A DNA stretch of 64,000 nucleotides from an uncultured Alteromonadaceae bacterium (GCA_964438205.1 CAYTJQ010000006.1:19594-83593), one strand, 5' to 3'. Numbered from the stretch's first letter, positions 10,734 through 19,095 are shown. The notes: generated by a model not told the origin, from the sequence alone. A program made the numbers and translations.

Positions 10734-11896
10734 GCAGTCACCGCCAGGCGTGCTTCGCTGGCCAGCAGGGCGGCGTAGGGCGTAGCGAGCGCTTCATCCA
10801 CCGCTTCCGGCGAGAGCCCAAAAGCGGCCGCCGCGTAGCGGTGACGGCCCGCCGCTTCCGCCGGTGGCAGCGGCGGCGGCGGGATGCCCAGCCACGACGC
10901 CAGGGCCCGGCCTACCGCTGCCGGGGCGCTGCGCAGGTCAGCCTGCTCGAGGACCTTCACGCGGTCGGGCTGCGCCGCAGCAAAGGTCGCCAGGTCGTCG
11001 AGGAAGGCGCCGTAGAGGCGGCGGAAGCGCGCCGTCGTGTGCTCGCCAGCGGGGTCGCTACCGAACAGGCGGCGGGCCGGCGCGAGGGCGCTGAGCTGCG
11101 AGGCGAGCGCGGTGCTCGGGCGGCGCACGCAGAGCAGGAACCTCGCGTCCGGGTAGCGCCCGGCGAGGTAGGGCGGCCAGCTGGCGAAGGCCGCGTTCTT
11201 CGACAGGAATCGCTCCCCCGGGTGGCTGTAGCAGTGGCGCTGGATAATCCGGTGATAGAAAACCAGGAGGGCCCGGCGGCGTCGCGGCGGCAGGGCCGCG
11301 AGCGTGCCGAGCGCCTCCAGCTCCCGGTCGAAGGGAAAGGCCATGAGCAGCAGGAAGCAGCCGGCGGCCGGCAGCAGGCAGAGGTAGTCCTCCTCCGCGT
11401 CATGGAGGCCGACCGCGTGAACGGCCGCGAAATCGCCGCTGCCGCGGGCGATGGCCCCCTGTACGACTCGCTGCAGGGGGGCTCCCAGGCGCCGGTCCAG
11501 GCGGGCGAGCGCGCGCAGGGCCCGGCGCTGGCAGATCGCCGGGGCCAGCAGCGCCTCCCAGGTGCGCACGGTGGTGAAGGCGCCGCCGGCCGCGAGCAGC
11601 CGGTGCAGGTAGGTCGTGCCGCTGCGCGGTATGCCGGTGATGAACACGGGCTGCCGGACCGGCTGCTGCCGGTAATCCGGATAGAGAATCTCGTCCAGCG
11701 CCAGGGCCAGCCAGTGCCCGAGCTGCACCAGCAGGAAGAGCGGGAAGAGCAGCAGGAAGAGCAGCCGCCGCGGACGCAGCGGCGCAGCCGGGTGGCGCCC
11801 CGGCCAGACGCTTTGCAGGTAGCACCGGCCGTAGCTGCCCATGGCGATCAGAAAGCTCTCCAGCATGGTTCCCCGCGAGGCCGGCCCGAAAAGCAC
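10730..11896 (-). CDS. Sulfotransferase family protein with hydrophobic N-terminal segment
   Basis: PAPS 5'-phosphosulfate-binding loop ITGIPRSGTTYLHRLL and a later RRPSTALAS 3'-phosphate-type motif. N-terminal membrane-like stretch LLFLLLFPLFLLVQLGHWLALAL. ATGA overlap with the GT start. Confidence 0.75.
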   Translation of the reverse strand: MLFGPASRGTMLESFLIAMGSYGRCYLQSVWPGRHPAAPLRPRRLLFLLLFPLFLLVQLGHWLALALDEILYPDYRQQPVRQPVFITGIPRSGTTYLHRLLAAGGAFTTVRTWEALLAPAICQRRALRALARLDRRLGAPLQRVVQGAIARGSGDFAAVHAVGLHDAEEDYLCLLPAAGCFLLLMAFPFDRELEALGTLAALPPRRRRALLVFYHRIIQRHCYSHPGERFLSKNAAFASWPPYLAGRYPDARFLLCVRRPSTALASQLSALAPARRLFGSDPAGEHTTARFRRLYGAFLDDLATFAAAQPDRVKVLEQADLRSAPAAVGRALASWLGIPPPPLPPAEAAGRHRYAAAAFGLSPEAVDEALATPYAALLASEARLAVTA

Positions 11897-12136
11897 CGCA
11901 GTTTACAGGCAACGCCCGGGCAACGGCACCGGGTATCTGCGGCGCCCGGCGCTTCCCGTTCGCCTTCTCTGCGCCGGGCTCGCGACCGCTGCGCCGGTCG
12001 GAGTGACTATTGACCCCCTCGCGCAAACTCGGCAACATGTCTCGCCGATTCCGCCCCCGAGGCGCATCCCGGGTCCCGGCCTGCCCGTTTGCCGCGTGAT
12101 CCCACCCCCTTCCATCCACACGACACTGGAGTTTTC

Positions 12137-12886
12137 ATGAAGGTTTTGGTCGCTGTGAAGCGCGTGGTCGACTACAACGTCAAGGTCCGCGCCAAGGCCG
12201 ACGGTTCCGACGTCGACCTGAACAACGTCAAGATGTCCATCAACCCGTTCTGCGAGATTGCCGTGGAGGAAGCCGTGCGCCTGCGGGAAGCCGGCGTCGC
12301 GACCGAAGTCATCGCCGTTTCCATTGGCGACAAGGCCTGCCAGGAGCAGATCCGCACGGCCCTGGCCCTCGGCGCCGACCGCGGTATCCAGGTCGAGACC
12401 GACGGCCCGGTAGAGCCGCTCGTGGTCGCCAAGCTGCTGAAGGGCGTGGTCGAGAAAGAGGAGCCGCAGCTGGTCATCCTCGGCAAGCAGTCCATCGACG
12501 GCGACAACAACCAGACCGGACAAATGCTGGGTGCGCTCACGGGCATGGCCCAGGGGACCTTCGCCTCCGAGGTGAAGGTCGACGGCGAGCAGGTCCAGGT
12601 CACCCGCGAAGTCGACGGCGGCCTGCAGACCGTCAGCCTCAAGCTGCCGGCGATCGTCACCACTGACCTGCGCCTCAACGAGCCGCGCTACGCGTCGCTG
12701 CCGAACATCATGAAGGCCAAGAAAAAGCAGCTGGATGTCTACAGCCCCGCCGACCTCGGCGTGGAGATCACGCAGCACCTGACGCTGGTCAAGGTCGAGC
12801 CGCCGGCGGAGCGCCAGGCCGGCATCAAGGTCGAGAGCGTCGATGAGCTGGTCGACAAATTGAAGAACGAAGCGAAGGTGATCTGA
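12137..12886 (+). CDS. etfB: Electron transfer flavoprotein beta subunit
   Basis: [18 protein letters not shown] start with GGAG 7 nt upstream. The track ORF is trimmed from 12089. Confidence 0.93.
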   Translation: MKVLVAVKRVVDYNVKVRAKADGSDVDLNNVKMSINPFCEIAVEEAVRLREAGVATEVIAVSIGDKACQEQIRTALALGADRGIQVETDGPVEPLVVAKLLKGVVEKEEPQLVILGKQSIDGDNNQTGQMLGALTGMAQGTFASEVKVDGEQVQVTREVDGGLQTVSLKLPAIVTTDLRLNEPRYASLPNIMKAKKKQLDVYSPADLGVEITQHLTLVKVEPPAERQAGIKVESVDELVDKLKNEAKVI

Positions 12887-13815
12887 TGGGAACCCTGGTA
12901 GTAGCCGAACACGACAACGCCACCCTCAACCCGGCCACGCTGAACGCGGTCGCTGCCGCGCAGGCCCTGGGCGCCGACATCGACATCCTGGTCGCCGGCA
13001 GCGGCTGCGGCGCCGTTGGCGAGGCCGCGGCCAAGGTGCCGGGCGTCGGCAAGGTACTGGTGGCAGACAACGCCGCCTACGACCACGCGCTGGCCGAGAA
13101 TACCAGCCTGCTCGTCGCGGAACTGGCGGCTGGCTATGACAACGTCGTCGCTGCCGCCACCACCAGCGGCAAGAACGTCATGCCGCGCGTGGCCGCACTC
13201 CTCGACGTCGCGCAGATCTCGGACATCATCTCGGTCGAGTCCGCCGACACCTTCAAGCGGCCGATCTATGCCGGCAACGTTATCGCCACCGTGCAGACGG
13301 CCGATGCCAAGAAGGTCATCACCGTGCGCGCAACGGCCTTTGACGCCGTGGCCGCCGAGGGCGGTTCCGCCACCCTCGAGGCCGTGGACGCCGTGCACGA
13401 CGCCGGGGTGTCCAGCTTCGTCGGCGAAGAGCTGGCCAAGTCCGACCGCCCGGAGCTCACCGCCGCGCCGGTGGTGATCTCCGGCGGCCGGGGCATGCAG
13501 AACGGCGACAACTTCAAGCTCCTCGACGGCATTGCCGACAAGCTCGGCGCGGCCATCGGCGCCTCCCGCGCGGCGGTGGACGCGGGTTTCGTGCCCAACG
13601 ACTACCAGGTGGGCCAGACCGGCAAGATCGTCGCCCCCGAGCTCTACATCGCCGTGGGCATCTCCGGTGCCATCCAGCACCTCGCCGGCATGAAGGACTC
13701 GAAGGTCATCGTCGCCATCAACAAGGACGAGGACGCCCCGATCTTCCAGGTCGCCGACTACGGCCTGGTGGCGGACCTCTTCGAGGCCCTGCCGGAACTG
13801 GAAGGCAAGCTCTGA
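12886..13815 (+). CDS. etfA: Electron transfer flavoprotein alpha subunit
   Basis: 309 aa with FAD-binding signature [42 protein letters not shown] overlap with etfB. Confidence 0.93.
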   Translation: MGTLVVAEHDNATLNPATLNAVAAAQALGADIDILVAGSGCGAVGEAAAKVPGVGKVLVADNAAYDHALAENTSLLVAELAAGYDNVVAAATTSGKNVMPRVAALLDVAQISDIISVESADTFKRPIYAGNVIATVQTADAKKVITVRATAFDAVAAEGGSATLEAVDAVHDAGVSSFVGEELAKSDRPELTAAPVVISGGRGMQNGDNFKLLDGIADKLGAAIGASRAAVDAGFVPNDYQVGQTGKIVAPELYIAVGISGAIQHLAGMKDSKVIVAINKDEDAPIFQVADYGLVADLFEALPELEGKL

Positions 13816-13849
13816 CGGAGACCCCGGCCTGACAGGCAACAGCCTCGAA

Positions 13850-13875
13850 AGCCGGCCACTGCGCCGGCTTTTTTC
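13850..13875 (+). terminator. Intrinsic terminator after etfA
   Basis: AGCCGGC-CACTGC-GCCGGCT hairpin followed by a T-run (TTTTTTCT). Confidence 0.7.
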
Positions 13876-13923
13876 TCATGGATGTCCAGCCATCGCGTGA
13901 CGGCAGGATCTCATGGAGTAGCA

Positions 13924-14361
13924 ATGGAGATAGCCTTTCGACACGGTGAGCTTTCTGCTGCCGCAAGAGACGCAGTTTCGCGGGGTTTCGCCAGGCACTC
14001 GGAAGAACTGAAAGCTCCTGTCTACTCGAAGCGACTTGTTAACTGGACGATCACAGAACGGCGGCATGCCGTGATAGCCGTTCTTACCGCTGATCTTCTC
14101 TGGGATTGGCTCTACATCGATGAGCTCTGGGTCAGTGAGGAACTGCGTGGCAAGGGTGTTGGACGGAAGCTGATGAAGCTGGCGGAGGAGTTCGCCGCTA
14201 CCGAGCAGCTCGAGGGAATCTGGCTCTGGACCCAAAGTTGGCAGGCTGAGGGTTTCTACAGGAAGCTCGGTTACGTCGAGTTCTCTCGATTCGAAGACTT
14301 CCCCCGAGGCCATAGCAGGATGGGTTATCGCAAAACCATAGTATCCAACTGCAAGAGTTGA
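13924..14361 (+). CDS. GNAT family N-acetyltransferase
   Basis: 145 aa from ATG 13924, with acetyl-CoA motif ELRGKGVGRKLMKLAEEFA. Confidence 0.75.
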   Translation: MEIAFRHGELSAAARDAVSRGFARHSEELKAPVYSKRLVNWTITERRHAVIAVLTADLLWDWLYIDELWVSEELRGKGVGRKLMKLAEEFAATEQLEGIWLWTQSWQAEGFYRKLGYVEFSRFEDFPRGHSRMGYRKTIVSNCKS

Positions 14362-14413
14362 ATCAGCCCAGCGATTGTAAGCCGGCGGTCAAGCCGCCGT
14401 CAGCAGACGCCCG

Positions 14414-14821
14414 CTAGCAACCTCGAGGCGGCGGCGCAGCCGATTCGGATTCCTCCGAGCGTCGAACTGTATGGAAAAAGTAGACGCTTGCGATAATCCC
14501 TCCCGTAGTAATCACGGCCATAGCTGGTAGCCAAATCGACAGGTCGCTCAACAATACCTTGCTCCAAGTACCTGATTTGTCAGCAAGTTCGGCAGCGAAA
14601 GCGCCCATGAACGATAGCCCTGCTAAGAGCGTGAACACGCAGCTGAATGCAGCGACCACGTAGATCGAGGTTGCCGTGATCGCCTGAAACGCCGTCAGAC
14701 GCCTCGCAACGAGGAATGCGACTGTGAGGTAGCCAAAAGTAAGGCTGACATAGATGGTGAACGCAGAGATGCAGTTCCCCATGTAAATGCCAATCTGTTC
14801 GTAGAGTTCTGCTTCGGTCAT
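14414..14821 (-). CDS. Hypothetical multi-pass membrane protein (3-4 TM)
   Basis: 135 aa with long hydrophobic segments (ISAFTIYVSLTFGYLTVAFLVA; SIYVVAAFSCVFTLLAGLSFMGAFAA; WLPAMAVITTGGIIASVYFF). No family recognised. Confidence 0.55.
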   Translation of the reverse strand: MTEAELYEQIGIYMGNCISAFTIYVSLTFGYLTVAFLVARRLTAFQAITATSIYVVAAFSCVFTLLAGLSFMGAFAAELADKSGTWSKVLLSDLSIWLPAMAVITTGGIIASVYFFHTVRRSEESESAAPPPRGC

Positions 14822-15020
14822 GACCGGTGCACCCCAAGAGCATTAGCGCTTTGAGTCTATCAATCCAGTTGACAAGTAAGGGAGCTATCGCCTCTTGCCC
14901 TATAGCCGACGTCCTACGCGGCCCGGCTAACTTCCGCTCACGAACCGAAGGCGTCGCTAGCTATGCTGTCCACCTGGCTCATTAGCCTAGGCGCAATTAG
15001 CGAACCGAATTGCATCCGAA

Positions 15021-15347
15021 CTACAGGCACTGAACCTGCAACCTCTTTCCCTCGCACCGCGCCTTGTTCCCGAAAGCCATGCCCGCATTGCTGCAAACGC
15101 TCTGAAGCTGCCTAGTCCCGAGACTTGTTACACCCTCTTGCAAGTCTGCGCGTATTCTATCGATCTTGACGGGGCATCCTTCCTTGTCTTGGCCACTGCT
15201 CATCAGCTCCGGGTCCGCAAGGTACATGGCCAAGGCATTTGGTGCTTCCAGCCATTTCCCATCGGTCGCGTTGTCGGAGCCTCCACATCCGCTCATCAAT
15301 GCTGCCAGAATAAGGCTATGTGCTGATCGAATCGTTCGGGAATTCAT
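15021..15347 (-). CDS. Hypothetical small lipoprotein, Cys-rich mature part
   Basis: MNSRTIRSAHSLILAALMSGC gives a signal peptide plus lipobox (LMSGC). There are four further Cys in the roughly 85-aa mature region. Start trimmed to ATG 15347. Confidence 0.55.
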   Translation of the reverse strand: MNSRTIRSAHSLILAALMSGCGGSDNATDGKWLEAPNALAMYLADPELMSSGQDKEGCPVKIDRIRADLQEGVTSLGTRQLQSVCSNAGMAFGNKARCEGKRLQVQCL

Positions 15348-15493
15348 GGATACCATTCCTGTCGCGCGTGAATCAGGACTAAAGCATACCCACGACAAAA
15401 TGCGGCGAGCAAGGCGCAACGACAGACTGACATTGGCCGTAGGCTGCCATCTGGGGCAGCCTAGGTCGACTTCCGCTTTCAACCCGCTGCCAT

Positions 15494-15814
15494 TCAGCTT
15501 TGGCTTAACCGCTTTCTTTCGCTGAGCTTCAGGGAAGCTACTAGTGCGTCGATACGCTTGTGCGTTCTACGATGCATCTCCTGTAAAGCCATGCTGCTTA
15601 CCAGAATGTACATGAATAAGAACATTGCGAGGCTCTTGGGTTCGGCTCCGACATCCGTATATTGGAGTAACCCAACGAAAAGCCCGATTGTCACTATCGT
15701 GCTGATGGCTGACAGTATGGGATTGTACGAGGGGCGCAGCGACTCGATTTTTTTCGTCACATCCTCCTCGCGCTTGATTTCTTCGTACTTCAATTGAGCT
15801 TCCGCTTCGTTCAT
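15494..15814 (-). CDS. Hypothetical 2-TM membrane protein with charged N- and C-terminal helices
   Basis: MNEAEAQLKYEEIKREEDV..., then two hydrophobic spans and a basic C-terminal tail. ATG 15814 is preceded by GGAGGAG. The longer track ORF begins at a TTG. Confidence 0.5.
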   Translation of the reverse strand: MNEAEAQLKYEEIKREEDVTKKIESLRPSYNPILSAISTIVTIGLFVGLLQYTDVGAEPKSLAMFLFMYILVSSMALQEMHRRTHKRIDALVASLKLSERKRLSQS

Positions 15815-16165
15815 CTCCTCCCCCCGACCATTCTTCTCTAGGTGACGTGGCGTATGCTGTTGATCCAAGGATTCGACTGCCTGGCCATAGTAAGAGGTTG
15901 CATGGACATTTATCTACCCGTGATGCGGAGCACGAGGTTGACAGTGCACGAGATTCCATCCCGGCAAGCTAATCAGTCAACAGCTGGCCGACAGCGGAAG
16001 TTCGCCAGGGTCGCTACGGACGTCTGCTATCGACCCTGGACTGCCGCCATGCGTTGGTGGCGCAACAGAGCAAAGATTCGGCCTGCAGGAACCCAGTCTC
16101 ACTGTGGCGGACTCAATAAAGTTGTGCAAATCTTTAGTCGTGAATCTTAAGTGAGCCGCTCAACG

Positions 16166-16378
16166 ATGTTCAGATCAATCTCTGCTGGTGCGTTAGCTCT
16201 CGCTCTCATGGCACCTTCGGCGCATGCGGAAATGTGCGACTACGCTTCGACCAAGATCGCTGGCGCAGCCGGTAAGGCTTTGCCGGGCGCTGGTGCCACA
16301 GCTGGCACAATCGCTGCAGCCGGTGCAGGCATGAAAGCTGCTGGTTCCATACGCTGGTGCACGCGGGCTCAGGCTTAA
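16166..16378 (+). CDS. Small secreted Gly/Ala-rich protein (or the 5' part of a frameshifted gene)
   Basis: Signal peptide MFRSISAGALALALMAPSAHA, then a GAAGKALPGAGATAGTIAAAGAGMKAAG repeat-like region. Confidence 0.45.
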   Translation: MFRSISAGALALALMAPSAHAEMCDYASTKIAGAAGKALPGAGATAGTIAAAGAGMKAAGSIRWCTRAQA

Positions 16379-16380
16379 CG

Positions 16381-16818
16381 ATGCTCGGCTCAACCGCGGC
16401 GGGCGCATCTGCTGCCGGGACGGTAGGAATAATGGCCGGAACGGCGAGCGGCGTTGGAGCAGTGGCTGCCGTTCTGATGGCGCCAGTGACGATCGTCGTT
16501 GGGGCGGCTACAGCTTTAGCGGTTGGCGGGCTTGAAGCTGCTTGCTACTTCCAAGTCGAACGGGTCAATGATCCCTATGTGGTGATGGACGTCCTTGAGA
16601 GCGTTGCTAGTGTTGACCCCGCCGTGACCATTACGCAGACCAGGAATGGCCCAGTGTTCAGTATCTGGGAAGATCCAGACCGACTCTACGAAGACGTAGA
16701 TTCGGCGCGGCACTATTTCGTGCGAGAGCTATATATCGCGGATGGCCTCCTCAAACACTCAGAGTGGGGTTTTGACACCGACCTAGGTGCAGTCGTACTC
16801 GGTGTGGTGGAAAGCTGA
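16381..16818 (+). CDS. Gly/Ala-rich (glycine-zipper-like) membrane protein with a C-terminal globular domain
   Basis: MLGSTAAGASAAGTVGIMAGTASGVGAVAAVLMAPVTIVVGAATALAVGGL, followed by a roughly 90-aa non-repetitive domain. The alternative start GTG 16357 overlaps the previous ORF. Confidence 0.5.
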   Translation: MLGSTAAGASAAGTVGIMAGTASGVGAVAAVLMAPVTIVVGAATALAVGGLEAACYFQVERVNDPYVVMDVLESVASVDPAVTITQTRNGPVFSIWEDPDRLYEDVDSARHYFVRELYIADGLLKHSEWGFDTDLGAVVLGVVES

Positions 16819-16871
16819 CACAGTAACCGGCGGCATCGAACGTCTCAGTCAAGTTCCAGATCTGCCATCAC

Positions 16872-16896
16872 CCGGCTCGGCGTCTGCACGAGCCGG
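16872..16896. terminator. Hairpin between convergent island genes
   Basis: CCGGCTCG-gcgtctgca-CGAGCCGG, a perfect 8-bp stem. There is no clear U-tract. Confidence 0.4.
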
Positions 16897-16903
16897 CCCT
16901 CCT

Positions 16904-17143
16904 CTAGCTGGGCTGCTTCGATGCCCAGATAGCGAGACGGTGCCTAATCGCTTTTTGAGACAGCTGGTCCGGCGGTAGCGGCTGGATGAGCTTGTCATGC
17001 ACGAGTAGGCGGTAGATGTACTCGAGCTTGTCCGGCGCCGAATCGGTCGCCTCGAACTCGACGACGCCGCGCTTCTCGCCGTAGGCCGTGCCGAGAGCCA
17101 TCGCCCTCTTGACCAATTCCTTTTCGTTCTTTAGTTCTTTCAT
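16904..17143 (-). CDS. Hypothetical small protein (about 79 aa)
   Basis: ATG at 17143 (MKELKNEKELVKRAMALG...). No family recognised; it could be a gene remnant. Confidence 0.35.
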   Translation of the reverse strand: MKELKNEKELVKRAMALGTAYGEKRGVVEFEATDSAPDKLEYIYRLLVHDKLIQPLPPDQLSQKAIRHRLAIWASKQPS

Positions 17144-17363
17144 GCGCTGCCACTCCCATGACTCAGCGGTCGCCGCCGGACGCAGCCCGAACCTATAGGC
17201 TGTAAGCAATCCTGACACAGCACAGACGGAGCTGCCTTCGACGGTACAGCAAGACCGCTAAACCATGCCTGTCCGATGCGCCCTGTGGGGCGTCCTGCTC
17301 TGCACCGGCGCCGCCATCACCCACGACCACGACAGGATGGAGCGTCCCGGCATCCCTCCCTGG

Positions 17364-18524
17364 CTAGTCCCGCCGCAGCCGGTCGGAGATGGCGATCGGG
17401 GTGGGGTAGTTGAGCACCACGATATAGGACGAGGCGAGGAGCGTGAGGATCGTGGTCGCCTGGATCAGCAGCGAGGCATCCTGGCTGATGAGCGCGAGGT
17501 CGAAGGCGATGTAGGCGATCAGCAGCGAGAATTCGCTGGCCTGGCCCAGGCGGAAGCCCAGGTCCCAGGCCAGGCTCCGGCTCTCGCTCAGGCCGCCGAG
17601 AAGATAGCGGTAGACCACGGGCTTGAGCGTCAGCACCAGCGCGGCCAGGAGCAGGGCGGGCAGCAGGATCCGGTCCAGCTGGCCGAGGTCGAAACGGGCG
17701 CCCACGCTGAAGAAGAACAGGATCAGGAAGAAATCGCGCAGGGGCCGCAGGCTGCCGGCGATGTACTGGGCGATGGGGCTGGTCGCGATCGTCACGCCGG
17801 CGATGAAGGCGCCGATCTCCTCGCTGAGACCGAGGACCTGGGCCATCTCGGCGACCCCCAGGCACCAGCCGATCGCCACCAGGAAGATGTATTCGTGGAA
17901 GCGGTCGAAGCGGGCGATGAGCGGCAGCAGTGCATAGCGCACGGCGAGCCAGGCGCTGGCGCCGAGCAGCGGCAGGCCGAGCAGGGACAGGGCGGCCCCG
18001 ACACCGCCGCCGTCGCCACCCATGAGCAGCATGAGCACGATGATGGCGAGCAGGTCCTGGAGCAGCAGCATGCCCACCATCAGCTCGCCGGTGTGCCGGT
18101 GGTGCAGCACCGTGGTCGGCAGGAGCTTGATGCCGATGATCGTCGAGGAGAACATCATCGCCGCCCCGACCACCAGCGCATCGAGCTTGCTCGGCAGGAA
18201 GGGCAGGGCCAGGGCGTAGCCGGCGAGCAGGAACAATGCCGAGCTCGCCACCATCACCACCGTCGCGCTGCGCAGCGTCGCGAAAAGCGCCCGGGGCTGC
18301 ATGTCGAGACCGAGCAGGAACAGCAGGAAGATGATGCCGATGTGGCCGATGTCCGAGAGCAGCTTCAGGTCCGGCACGAGGCTCAGCCCGTAGGGGCCGA
18401 TGCAGGCGCCGAGCGCAATGTAGGCGATGATCAGCGGCTGGCGCGTATACAGGGCGATCGAGGCGAAGACCGCGGCCCCGGAGAAGATCAGGAAAAACGA
18501 GAAGGTGACGGACGTGCCTTCCAC
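17364..18524 (-). CDS. Cation:proton antiporter, CPA2 (Kef-type membrane domain only)
   Basis: 386 aa with about 11-12 TM, Na+/H+ exchanger-family N-terminus (IALGACIGPYGLSLV...DIGHIGIIFLLFLLGLDM) and no KTN domain. Confidence 0.85.
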   Translation of the reverse strand: MEGTSVTFSFFLIFSGAAVFASIALYTRQPLIIAYIALGACIGPYGLSLVPDLKLLSDIGHIGIIFLLFLLGLDMQPRALFATLRSATVVMVASSALFLLAGYALALPFLPSKLDALVVGAAMMFSSTIIGIKLLPTTVLHHRHTGELMVGMLLLQDLLAIIVLMLLMGGDGGGVGAALSLLGLPLLGASAWLAVRYALLPLIARFDRFHEYIFLVAIGWCLGVAEMAQVLGLSEEIGAFIAGVTIATSPIAQYIAGSLRPLRDFFLILFFFSVGARFDLGQLDRILLPALLLAALVLTLKPVVYRYLLGGLSESRSLAWDLGFRLGQASEFSLLIAYIAFDLALISQDASLLIQATTILTLLASSYIVVLNYPTPIAISDRLRRD

Positions 18525-18591
18525 GGGGCCCCCGGCGCGACGTGCGTGGTGTAAAGCCGCAGTCTAGCCCGTCGCCGGGCCGCGGTGCACG

Positions 18592-19095
18592 TCAGGCGCG
18601 GCGCCGGAACAACGGCAGGGGCTGGTCCACGGCGCCCTGGTAGTCGGTGCTGAACACGGCCAGCCGCTCCTGCGCCTGGGCCAGGCGGTCCGGGTCGGTG
18701 AATTCCAGCGCATTGAAGCCGCAGCGCCGCAGGTAGTGGGCCTGGTCCGGCAGCAGCGAGCCGCGAGCGCGCAGTTCGCCGGCAAAGCCCGCCTCGCGGA
18801 GCCGGCGCGCGAGGGAGAAGCCGCGGCCGTCGGTGAAGGTCTCGAAGTGCACCGCGACCAGCGACAGGCCGGGCAGCGCGTCGAGCACTTCCCCGGGGTC
18901 GTCGCCCGTTTCGAGTTGCACCGCCGCGCCGGGGGGGCAGCCGTCGGCCTGCCACTGTGCCAGCGTGAGGATGCGCCGTTCGCCGTCCCCCGGCGCTTGT
19001 TCCGCCGGCGGCAGCCAGTCATCGGCGACGACCGCGCCGTCGCGGATGAGCCTTAGCTGTACCGGTGCGCCGCTAGCGGGCGTTGCCGTTGTCAT
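18592..19095 (-). CDS. DUF934 protein (sulfite-reduction-associated)
   Basis: About 167 aa from ATG 19095. The FTDGRGFS...LR..GF.GELRA.G motif is typical of DUF934. It lies immediately downstream of cysI. Confidence 0.75.
   Translation of the reverse strand: MTTATPASGAPVQLRLIRDGAVVADDWLPPAEQAPGDGERRILTLAQWQADGCPPGAAVQLETGDDPGEVLDALPGLSLVAVHFETFTDGRGFSLARRLREAGFAGELRARGSLLPDQAHYLRRCGFNALEFTDPDRLAQAQERLAVFSTDYQGAVDQPLPLFRRRA

Larger units (their letters stand above)
13876..17363. other. Low-GC genomic island (no mobility genes recognised)
   Basis: Hand counts give about 47-50% GC on lines 14461-14520 and 15541-15660, against about 77% on 12961-13020. Codons ending in A/T are frequent. The island is bounded by the etfA terminator and the stop of the CPA2 antiporter gene. 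Confidence 0.7.

Noticed and set aside
13924-14361. The GNAT gene in the island as a TacT/AtaT-like toxin of a toxin-antitoxin pair.
   Set aside because: No small RHH or DUF1778-type antitoxin ORF lies upstream or downstream. The spacer to the etfA terminator is only about 50 nt, and the next gene is a convergent membrane protein.
16330-16360. Programmed -1 ribosomal frameshift joining the two Gly/Ala-rich ORFs.
   Set aside because: There is no slippery X-XXY-YYZ heptamer or obvious downstream pseudoknot in the overlap. An indel, a pseudogene or two separate genes are simpler explanations.
13828-17227. Possible att-like direct repeats flanking the island: CCTGACAGGCAACAGCC at 13828-13844 and CCTGACACAGCACAGAC at 17211-17227.
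   Set aside because: Only 7 nt are identical in a row and the rest needs a gap. A match of this size is expected by chance between two 100-nt boundary regions, and no integrase or tRNA supports site-specific integration.
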